A stretch of DNA of 64,000 nt, from the NCBI GenBank assembly GCA_047947115.1, contig CP170459.1, positions 5,280,001 to 5,344,000 of the forward strand, written 5' to 3'. Under the pieces are notes generated by a model. That model saw nothing but the letters and a program-made list of their open reading frames with translations. It did no database searches and was not told the origin of the DNA. Below are positions 39,561-48,003 of the stretch, in pieces; position 1 is the first letter of the stretch; each line of letters opens with the position of its first letter. The position numbers and the translations under genes were made by a program. The stretch is from Verrucomicrobiota bacterium. GTDB taxonomy: Bacteria; Verrucomicrobiota; Verrucomicrobiia; Limisphaerales; AAA164-E04.

Positions 39561-41126
39561 ATGTATGACGTCGCAGTGATGGGCGCCGGATTCGGCGGAG
39601 CCCTGACCGCGCTGGTGGCCGCCCAAAACGGGTGTAAGGTGCTGCTCATTGAAAAGGGAAGTCACCCGCGCATCGTCATTGGCGAATCCACGACTCCACT
39701 CACCAACTTGATGTTGGAAGAAATCGCCCGGGACTTTAACCTTCCGTTCCTTCTCGATTTCACTCAATGGGGAAAATGGAAAAGCGCCCATCCGGACATA
39801 CGTGTCGGTCTGAAGCGAGGCTTCGGCTTTTACAATCACTGCAAGACACCCACCGCCAAGCCACCGGATTTGTGGGACCGGGAATTGATGGTTGCAGCCA
39901 GTCCCAATCAACAAATCGCCGACACACATTGGTGGCGTGAGGACTGGGACAACTACCTGACGAACCAGGCCATCCAACACGGGGTGACCTACATGGAACA
40001 TAGCGAGATCGAACATTTTGAAGAAACGCCCGACTGCATCCGACTTGGTATTCGTCAAGCCGGAGAACAAATACAAATTAATGCCCGTTCAGTCATCGAT
40101 GCTTCCGGCGGAAAATCCGGAGTCGCACAATGGCTCGGTATTGAATCCCTGCCCCTTGCTCATACCCCGGCGAGCTTCAGCGTTTATGGCCACTTCGAAA
40201 ACGTCAATCCCTGGAAAGGATGTTCAACGGATGCGATGGATTCCGCCCCTCCTTATCCCCCCAACAAGGCGGCGGTCCATCACCTGATCCATGGCGGATG
40301 GGTTTGGAGCCTGGAATTTGATCATGGACCGGTCAGTGCCGGTGCGGTGTTAACAGATGCCACCCACGCAAACATCAAATCCGAATCTGCTGAAACAATC
40401 TGGCAATACATCCTCGAGCAACACCCGCGCTTAAAGGAGTGCTTTCACAAAGCTGAATCCATGTACCCCATGCGAAAAATCGAACGTCTCGGATACCGCA
40501 TGGAACGTATGCATGGAGACCGGTGGATCATGCTGCCATCGGCTGCGGGTTTTGTGGATCCGCTCCTGTCCACCGGATTCCCACTAACCCTTCAAGGCAT
40601 CCAACGTCTCGGCGAAGCCCTCCGACCGGAAACACTCCGTGGAAGCGGCCCGATCCAAGCGTTCCCGACCATCGCGGAGAAATCCCAACTGGAACTTTCG
40701 ATCTGCGATCAATTGATCGGCACCCTGTTCGCAACCATGGATCCATTCCGTCACTTCGCCGCGACAACCATGCTCTACTTTGCAGCGGTCAGCTATACCG
40801 AAACGGCCTGGCGACTCGGCAAAAAACACCTGGCCCCCGGCTTTCTTTTCAGCGAAAACCCCGAACAACTAAACACCCTGACAACAGCGTTGAAACACAT
40901 TCAAACAATCCAGAAAGAAAACACTTCTGACGATGACAAACGGGCATCCATCCAAAACATCATCACAAGCACCATCGAACCCTTCAACGTCATCGGACTC
41001 GATCCAAGTGCAACCACACCCTGGTTCCCTGCGGACATGTCTCCTCTCTTCAAAAACGCGAACAAACTCAAATCCACACCAGAAGAAATCCAATCCATGC
41101 TCCATCAATTCGGATTAACATTTTAA
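39561..41126 (+). CDS. Flavin-dependent halogenase-like oxidoreductase
   Basis: GAGFGG, IGESTTP, LKRGFGF, GGWVWSL, FVDPLLSTG; ATG 8 nt after the radical SAM stop. Confidence 0.8.
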   Translation: MYDVAVMGAGFGGALTALVAAQNGCKVLLIEKGSHPRIVIGESTTPLTNLMLEEIARDFNLPFLLDFTQWGKWKSAHPDIRVGLKRGFGFYNHCKTPTAKPPDLWDRELMVAASPNQQIADTHWWREDWDNYLTNQAIQHGVTYMEHSEIEHFEETPDCIRLGIRQAGEQIQINARSVIDASGGKSGVAQWLGIESLPLAHTPASFSVYGHFENVNPWKGCSTDAMDSAPPYPPNKAAVHHLIHGGWVWSLEFDHGPVSAGAVLTDATHANIKSESAETIWQYILEQHPRLKECFHKAESMYPMRKIERLGYRMERMHGDRWIMLPSAAGFVDPLLSTGFPLTLQGIQRLGEALRPETLRGSGPIQAFPTIAEKSQLELSICDQLIGTLFATMDPFRHFAATTMLYFAAVSYTETAWRLGKKHLAPGFLFSENPEQLNTLTTALKHIQTIQKENTSDDDKRASIQNIITSTIEPFNVIGLDPSATTPWFPADMSPLFKNANKLKSTPEEIQSMLHQFGLTF

Positions 41127-41136
41127 ATGACTGGCA

Positions 41137-41664
41137 CAGGTAGGACGTGCCGTCCCTGGCGCGTCACCTTGTGGTTTGCATAACTCAAGTTAATTTCCGT
41201 TTCGGGAAGCCCAAGGCGGTCGAACACCCCTCATCCGCGTAGCTGTCGCTAGCGGGACGGATCGAGATCCACGCAGTCGCGGAACAGGCTGATCCGATCT
41301 ACCCAACGTTCCCAACAGGTAGGACGTGCCGTCCCTGGCGCGTCACCTTGTGGCTTGCATAACTCAAGTTGATTTACATTTCGGGAAGCCCAAGGCATTC
41401 GAACACCCCTCATCCGCGTAGCTGCGCTAGCGGGACGGATCGAGATCCACGCAGTCGCGGGACAGGCTGATCCGATCTACCTGCAGCAGCCCTCCGAGTG
41501 GAGCGTGGCGTCTCGGCGCGCAACCCTTGTGGTTTCCATCCCCTGCTATTCACCCACCATAGGAAAACCCTACAGCATCCAACACTCCACCATCCGCGTA
41601 GCATTCGCCAGCGGGCCGGATCGGGATCCATGCAGTCGCGGGACAAGCTGCCACGCTCTACCTG
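41137..41664. repeat. Array of three ~167-bp GTAG-type REP-doublet units
   Basis: Near-identical units at 41137-41303 and 41316-41481 (period 179), plus a diverged third unit at ~41498-41664 sharing CATCCGCGTAGC...GCAGTCGCGG. Confidence 0.9.
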
Positions 41665-41680
41665 CTGTTCATGCCACCGT

Positions 41681-44600
41681 TCAAAAATAAGGCGGCAGAC
41701 CGATTTGCCCCATCTTGTCGAGTTCCTCATTCAGTATGCGGACAGGATCAGACACCGAGGACGATGAAAGAATGACTTTACCCGAACGATCCAACAAAAC
41801 AGCCGCTGGCTGCGAATCCACACCCAGTTGACGCATCAAGTCATCGGCCGCTGGGCCATCCATGAATCCGTGTTTCCATTCCAACGGATGGTCTTGGACG
41901 AAGTTTTTCAAACCCATGGCGTCTTGCCCTATTCCAAGAGTAATGATCTCAAACCGGTGACGTTTCTCTGAGACGCCATTAACCACAACACTTGCAGTGA
42001 ACTCTGATTTCCGACGGTGGATTTTGTCCAACTCAAGTTGCCAGTCTCTATTCTCGTCATCACCCACTCCCCAAAAATGAAGCAACAAATACCGTCCACG
42101 AAAATGCCCAGGACCAAAATCGACACCATTAGAATCAAAGGCAGAGAATTTTAGTTCTGGCCCGTCTCCTTCCCGAAGAGGCCCAGGTCCAATACGTTTA
42201 AAATCCACCACTCCAAGATCCAACGCAGGCATGGAAGCATGCTCAGTTTCCGGGCCGGGTACGGTGATTTTACAAAGGTATTCATCCCACTGTGCTTTGA
42301 ATTGCACAGGTGAAAATCGAACAGCCAAGAGAATATAGTATTCGCCAGGAGGCACGTCTTGAATCTGAAAGTTGTTTTCCCCAGACCAATGCAATCTCAA
42401 TCCCTGAGCACCCATGGGTAAGCTACCATAATAACCATGACGACCGTAATAAACGAAAGTTTTCAAGTCTTCTATTGCAGGAGAAGCATCCTCGTCTCCA
42501 GGAAACAACATCCCAACCATTTCACCCTTCTTGCTATCAAACGCTGGAGCATCAACGGGCAATTTGACACTTCCAAACACATTCCGAGCTTTCCGTAAAT
42601 CAAACTCAAGCAACTCCAAAGCTCCAGGTGCAACTTCAGCCATCTGCGTGACATCTTCTACACCATCATTTCCTCCTAAAACAAAGATTGTGAATTTGCC
42701 TGGAATGACGCGATTGAATTCAAATCGTCCCTCTGAATCTGTTGTTGTGATAGTGGGCGTATTGTCATACAGCCACCAATCGGAAAGACCGGAGCGCCTT
42801 ACCCATTTTGAGAAATTAGCATGAATATTGACTGACAAACCAACCATAGGTGTACCTGCCAATCGAGCGATCCCACTTAATCGCCCCCAAGGTTGAAGCA
42901 CAATTTCAAATTCAGGCTGATTTTCAAGAAGCCCAATATAAACCCCATCGGAACATGCAACCACTATTTGCTTTGAAAAAATATCAGCGTTGGATGGAGT
43001 CATTTCGAAACGTCCATCCAAATCCGTTATTCCAACATAATGCGCCCTCTTGCGATGAGGGCCTGATTTACCAATGGATTGGCGCATGAGTTTGCCATCC
43101 AAAAAATTAACTTTCACATCCGGCACTGGTTTCCCCTGCAAAGTGACCACTCTTACATGAATGGTCCCACGAGATATCATCCGAAACTCATACTCCAACA
43201 CACCTTCATTGCGTCGGGTTCCACGTAGTGGTTCAGAATGGGATGAAAAATATCCATCTGATTCAATATTCAAGCTAATAGAACCGGCTGGTTGAGATTT
43301 ACTGTCATCAAGTTCCCAGGCACTTTTTGGAATTTCTAGTTGTCCGTCCTTTCCCTCAAGCGTAAACAATGGACGCAACTGGACAATTTCCCAACCATAG
43401 ACCTTGAAAACCGGAACAGGTTCATCAGTCTGATCATCCACCACTTTCAATCGAATCACTTCAACAGGATGAGGTGGCCCGTCCGGATGTGTGGTCAACG
43501 CTTCACGATCCAAACCACCGGATCCCGAAGAATTTTGCTGATAAACAGTAACATACTGGGCAACGACTGGGACACGCACAGCAATGACGGGTTTGGATGA
43601 AGGGTCCTTTTCATCCGTATCACTCAATACCAAGCCACCCACTAAGAGAAAGCACGAAATCCCCAGTATGATCGATCCCTTACCAGACCGATAAGAGGCG
43701 ATGGCTCGCATGCGTTGTGTCAATTGCGCCTTCGATTCCGCCATGCCCAGGGTTCCGCTGAGCACGCCCCGGCCATGAGAACTCGAAAGCAGCTGGATCA
43801 AGGTTTCCCCATAGGATTCCCGTTGCTCCTTGTCAATGTATCTCAACGCCACCGCATCGGCTGCCAACTCACGATCAATTTTCATACGCCACGCAGCCAG
43901 CCACATCAAGGGATTGAACCAATGAAGGCACAGGAGAAAATTCATGACGGCGCTCGTTTCCAAATCATAACGCCGTATATGGGCCAATTCGTGCAGGAAA
44001 ATATGCCGCTTCGAGTCACAATCAAACCTGGTGGAAAAACCTGCAGGCAGAAGCAGCGTCTTGCGAAGCCACCCGGCCACCGCAGGCCCATGAATCCATG
44101 AACATTCGACAAGTCTGATATGTTCTCCCAAATTCAAATCCCTTCGAGCATGCTTAAAAATATCGAGGACGTGTCGATCTTCAATTTCAGGACAAGATCG
44201 AATTCTGAATCGGAACCGCAATTCCGATGTCAACCAGACCAGGAACAATATGACACTCCCACTACCCCACACCCAGGCTATCAGAGATCCCAGACTCCAA
44301 TGCCGCATCTCCGAAGACCGTGTTTGGTTCTCAGATGACTTCGCTACAATGATAGGTGTTGTCGATGGAACCGTCGCCTCTTGCTCTGGAACAGAGACTC
44401 CAGGGTCAATCGCCACGTCTGCAAGGGATGGCTCATCAAAACGGGCGAGATCTGGTCTGAGCCTCTCAATTCCAGATCGAAAGTGTAGCCTTTTTGTTAA
44501 AACTCGTGTTTCTTGCCCCAGGATGAACTCATACACCCGCTCACTCGCTTGAAAGATGCTAAAGGAACTGGAAAACCGCACGGGAAACAACAAGCACATG

Positions 44601-44758
44601 AACAGCAACAACCAGAATGCGTGCCGCCAGCCAGCAGTTAACCGATGCCACAGAATTTTCTGTAAACACAGGATCATCAAAATCACAACCCCGCCCTGTA
44701 GCGACATCATCAAGACCGCATCAAACCAGGAGGACAACTCGCTGTTTAACGCATTCAT
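41681..44758 (-). CDS. BlaR1/M56-family membrane metallopeptidase with large extracytoplasmic region
   Basis: TM N-terminus, HIFLHELAHIRRYD, HWFNPL, RELAAD; then TDxxGRF carboxypeptidase-regulatory-like repeats and a C-terminal thioredoxin-like domain. Confidence 0.9.
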   Translation of the reverse strand: MNALNSELSSWFDAVLMMSLQGGVVILMILCLQKILWHRLTAGWRHAFWLLLFMCLLFPVRFSSSFSIFQASERVYEFILGQETRVLTKRLHFRSGIERLRPDLARFDEPSLADVAIDPGVSVPEQEATVPSTTPIIVAKSSENQTRSSEMRHWSLGSLIAWVWGSGSVILFLVWLTSELRFRFRIRSCPEIEDRHVLDIFKHARRDLNLGEHIRLVECSWIHGPAVAGWLRKTLLLPAGFSTRFDCDSKRHIFLHELAHIRRYDLETSAVMNFLLCLHWFNPLMWLAAWRMKIDRELAADAVALRYIDKEQRESYGETLIQLLSSSHGRGVLSGTLGMAESKAQLTQRMRAIASYRSGKGSIILGISCFLLVGGLVLSDTDEKDPSSKPVIAVRVPVVAQYVTVYQQNSSGSGGLDREALTTHPDGPPHPVEVIRLKVVDDQTDEPVPVFKVYGWEIVQLRPLFTLEGKDGQLEIPKSAWELDDSKSQPAGSISLNIESDGYFSSHSEPLRGTRRNEGVLEYEFRMISRGTIHVRVVTLQGKPVPDVKVNFLDGKLMRQSIGKSGPHRKRAHYVGITDLDGRFEMTPSNADIFSKQIVVACSDGVYIGLLENQPEFEIVLQPWGRLSGIARLAGTPMVGLSVNIHANFSKWVRRSGLSDWWLYDNTPTITTTDSEGRFEFNRVIPGKFTIFVLGGNDGVEDVTQMAEVAPGALELLEFDLRKARNVFGSVKLPVDAPAFDSKKGEMVGMLFPGDEDASPAIEDLKTFVYYGRHGYYGSLPMGAQGLRLHWSGENNFQIQDVPPGEYYILLAVRFSPVQFKAQWDEYLCKITVPGPETEHASMPALDLGVVDFKRIGPGPLREGDGPELKFSAFDSNGVDFGPGHFRGRYLLLHFWGVGDDENRDWQLELDKIHRRKSEFTASVVVNGVSEKRHRFEIITLGIGQDAMGLKNFVQDHPLEWKHGFMDGPAADDLMRQLGVDSQPAAVLLDRSGKVILSSSSVSDPVRILNEELDKMGQIGLPPYF

Positions 44759-45135
44759 TGTTTTCCCTCCTTGGCACGCAGGACACGTCGCAGTTCCTGA
44801 ATATCCTTTTTGGACAGATCCGCCCGTTCCACCATGTGAAGCAGGCTGGCAAACGGAGCCTTGTCGAGCACACGATCTGCAAAAGACTCACTCTCCTGAC
44901 GGACACATTCCTCCGCAGTCAACAAAGGATGATACAAATATCGCTTCCCCTGCTTCGACCACTCCAAGGCTCCTTTATCGCACAATCGGCGCAATAACGT
45001 TCTTACCGTGGCTAGCGTCCAATCCCTGCGATGCCCGATGGCTTCCAGAATACGCTTTGCAGTGACCGGCGCCTCGCGCCAAACCACCCCCATCACCCCC
45101 CATTCTGCTTCCGAGATTTTGACTTCACGTTTCAT
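44755..45135 (-). CDS. BlaI/MecI/CopY family transcriptional repressor
   Basis: ISEAEW.VM.VVW, W...TVRTLL.RL..KG, YLYHP; ATGA overlap with the M56 gene. Start taken at MKREV (45135). Confidence 0.93.
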   Translation of the reverse strand: MKREVKISEAEWGVMGVVWREAPVTAKRILEAIGHRRDWTLATVRTLLRRLCDKGALEWSKQGKRYLYHPLLTAEECVRQESESFADRVLDKAPFASLLHMVERADLSKKDIQELRRVLRAKEGKQ

Positions 45136-45139
45136 GATA

Positions 45140-45189
45140 TGTGACAGATGTAACTCTTTCATATGTTACATCTGTCACACATATGTCAA
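45140..45189. promoter_or_regulatory. Putative BlaI operator and promoter
   Basis: Perfect 15-bp inverted repeat TGTGACAGATGTAAC (45140-54) / GTTACATCTGTCACA (45165-79); each arm resembles TACA-N2-TGTA. Minus-strand TTGACA at 45184-89. Confidence 0.8.
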
Positions 45190-45273
45190 CCATTATCTTG
45201 TAGCAATATAAACTTCATTGACTTATTCAAATGATGGAACTTTGCTGTTTATTCAAAGGAATCAAAACTAACA

Positions 45274-46611
45274 ATGAGAACCAAATGGATCATCCGTCTT
45301 ATCTGCTCGCTAGTTTGCATGTTTGCCGTGATGGGTTGGTTTACCTCTAATAACCTTATGCCAAAGGCCGGCATTACAGAGGGATCTCACCTAGCAGAAG
45401 GCGCCATACAGCCTCAAGTGATCATTCTGGGTGATGATGCGCTCATGCTTGCTCCGGACGGAGCTCTTTATCGATGGGGCGGAAAGTCCACAAATAGGAA
45501 AACACCAGTAATGATCAAACCAGATCTTAGGTTTCGAAAGATCACAGCAGACCAAAACTCCATCCTGGCCATTCATGAAGATGGAACTATATGGGGATGG
45601 GGAAAGAATCACACCCTGGTCGCGGCTGATCCGAACTTTGCCCCACAAGAAGCCCGACGTCTGTTCCCGGATGTGGGTTTTGTCGACATCAGCATGGGGA
45701 ACCGGCACGCCTTGGCCCTTAAGGACGATGGCAGCATTTGGTCCTGGGGAAATAATCATGATGGGCAACTGGGCACAGGCCGCATCAATGAATCAGATCA
45801 CTCCTCACGATTGACATCTTTACCTCTCACTCAAATTGGTCTTGAAACAGACTGGGCAGACGTTCAGGCTTCGTCCACCGTTTCCTATGGACTTAAACTT
45901 GATGGAACCCTTATGCGTTGGGGCAAATTGTCTGTGTTTAAAGGTCTCAGTTCCTCCAAAAATTCCTGGACGAACATCGAATCACTGATTGAACAAGCAA
46001 CGGAATATTCCGAACCGCATCGATTCACCGACATAAAAGGGCGGAAACAAATCATCCCGCTCCAATACGTCACATTGCTCCTGCATGAAGATGGTTCCTT
46101 ATGGATCGACAGGCCTCCTCCTCCCCCGCAATACTGGTTACCCTAAACCCAGGTGGAACCCAGCGGTCTTGGTGTAGTGGAAAACGCTATGAATGTTACT
46201 CAACTGGTCGCGTCGGAGCGCTTCATTCTCGCACAAACAAAAGATGGTTCTTGGTGGGGTTTGGGCCACAATCTTTTGAATCAAATGGGGCTCAAACATC
46301 CGACAACTTTGGAATCCTCGCGATCCGCACCTCACACGGAATGGATCGCATTGCCCAATGCATTTGATCCGTGGGCGATTGCTTTGGACATTCAAGCAAC
46401 CTTGGTTCTGACACGCGACGGACGGTTGTGGAGTTCAGGCCGCATCGTAGGGGAAAGGATAACAGATCCCTTTTGGAACAAGGTAAGAACATGGATGAAC
46501 AGAAATGTTTCATACTTTTCACTACCTTCCCGTAAGCCACATCACCATTCCGGTTTCCACCACGTATGGACCTGGCAACCAGAAAAATCGAGCAACGCCA
46601 ATTCGCATTGA
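45274..46611 (+). pseudogene. RCC1/BLIP-II-like repeat protein split by an in-frame TAA
   Basis: HALALKDDGSIWSWGNNHDGQLG-type repeats. ORFs 45274-46146 and 46153-46611 are in the same frame, separated only by TAA (46144-46146) and two sense codons. Confidence 0.6.
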
Positions 46612-46643
46612 TTCAACACCTGAGCCAACAAACCGGAAAGAGA

Positions 46644-47795
46644 TCAAGGCAGTTGCTTGACCTCACAAAAGTGCGCAAACGGTAACACGCGCGTCCCCGT
46701 GCGTTCAATTCCCTGATCCTTTGCGCCTAAATGAACCTGGTAGAACTCAGGGATCTCTGTACGTTCACGGAAATAACGACATGCTGTAGATTCGTTGCGT
46801 TCTCCACATTTGCATTCTACAGCGAATAGAGGTTTCCCGTCCTGCAGCACAACAAAATCTACCTCTCTTCCATCCGTGTCACGGACATATCGTAGCTCCA
46901 TGTCATATCCCTCGCTATCCTCCACCCAGTGACAGTATTTCAACAAGTGACAGGCCACCATGTTTTCAAAACGCACTCCAGGTTCAGCGCAGCGGGACCA
47001 ATCACGAAAATAAAGTTTTTGTTCCTTCTTCACCGCACGAATACGCGCCCCTCCCATGGGCGGGATTCTAAAGGTGACATAAAGATTGTCCAAAATCGTC
47101 AACCATCGTTCCACGCTTTCATGGGAAACTTGGAGGAGTTTTCGGAGAGCATTGACGGATAGCGGTGAGCCAACACACGCTGGAAGATGATGCAACAGCA
47201 AATCAAGTTTGCTGTGTTCTCGAACATTCTCAAGGTCTCGCACATCTTCATGTGTCAACCGGGCCGTCATTTCCCGCAACCATCTGCGGTGAAACCGTTC
47301 CGTTCCTTGCGTGAATGGTTCCGGAAATCCTCCAAACTGAAGCAATTGCTCAACGCTGGATGAAGAGGCGACTGGATCTACTTCCATTAATGTGAGCGGA
47401 TGAAGACGATAGTAGTGGTACCTCCCCTGCAAGGAGTCCCCGCCCTTTCGATAATAATCCAGTCGGGCAGATCCTGTCACCAACAAGGAGACAGTAGATT
47501 TGTTTTTATCCCAGAAACCTTTGATCAGATTTCGCCAATCGGAGAATTTGTGAATTTCATCCAAAATCAATAAAGATTGCTCACTTGGAAATGCACCACT
47601 GAGGATCGATTCCCGATCAGCGAAATCATCCCAGTTCAAGTAAGCCGGGGATTTCTCTTTGAGTTGATCCGACAACAAGGACAGACCAAAAGTGGTTTTC
47701 CCAACTTGACGAGGTCCGCCCACGAAAACCATGCGCTGCTCAAGGTCCTCTCGAACATTTTCCGTTAAATACCGATTCAGCATCACATTACCCAA
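46644..47795 (-). CDS. ATP-binding protein, AAA_14 + DUF4143 (PD-(D/E)xK-like C-terminus)
   Basis: GPRQVGKT, LILDEIH, TGSA, SLQGR, GGFP, KLYF.D, FEN, EVDFV...VECK. Confidence 0.92.
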   Translation of the reverse strand: MGNVMLNRYLTENVREDLEQRMVFVGGPRQVGKTTFGLSLLSDQLKEKSPAYLNWDDFADRESILSGAFPSEQSLLILDEIHKFSDWRNLIKGFWDKNKSTVSLLVTGSARLDYYRKGGDSLQGRYHYYRLHPLTLMEVDPVASSSSVEQLLQFGGFPEPFTQGTERFHRRWLREMTARLTHEDVRDLENVREHSKLDLLLHHLPACVGSPLSVNALRKLLQVSHESVERWLTILDNLYVTFRIPPMGGARIRAVKKEQKLYFRDWSRCAEPGVRFENMVACHLLKYCHWVEDSEGYDMELRYVRDTDGREVDFVVLQDGKPLFAVECKCGERNESTACRYFRERTEIPEFYQVHLGAKDQGIERTGTRVLPFAHFCEVKQLP

Positions 47796-47797
47796 AC

Positions 47798-47863
47798 CAT
47801 TAGTAATTTCTGGTTAACCCGAAATTACTAATGAGTATTTTAATGTCAACCCGAAAATACTAA
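47798..47863. promoter_or_regulatory. Palindromic operator-like site
   Basis: CATTAGTAATTTC-TGGTTAACCC-GAAATTACTAATG (47798-47833, one mismatch), plus a second AACCCGAAAATACTAA copy at 47848-47863. Confidence 0.6.
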
Positions 47864-48003
47864 CGACCTTAAATTCCGTTCTTACCAACTACCAAGTTTA
47901 GCCCAGTATGCTTCCCTGGTGTATCAAGTTCCACAACATCTGGACATTTCGAATGCGATAGACCAGATTCAAAGAACCCAATGTCAACCATCGTGCACCA
48001 TTC

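Noticed and set aside
41137..41664. Possible CRISPR array
   Set aside because: The units are ~167-179 bp and similar along their whole length, with no unique spacers and no cas genes. The GTAG-hairpin ends fit REPs.
45136..45162. Longer BlaI start (MKELHLSHI)
   Set aside because: It overlaps the operator inverted repeat; the downstream Met gives a typical BlaI length.
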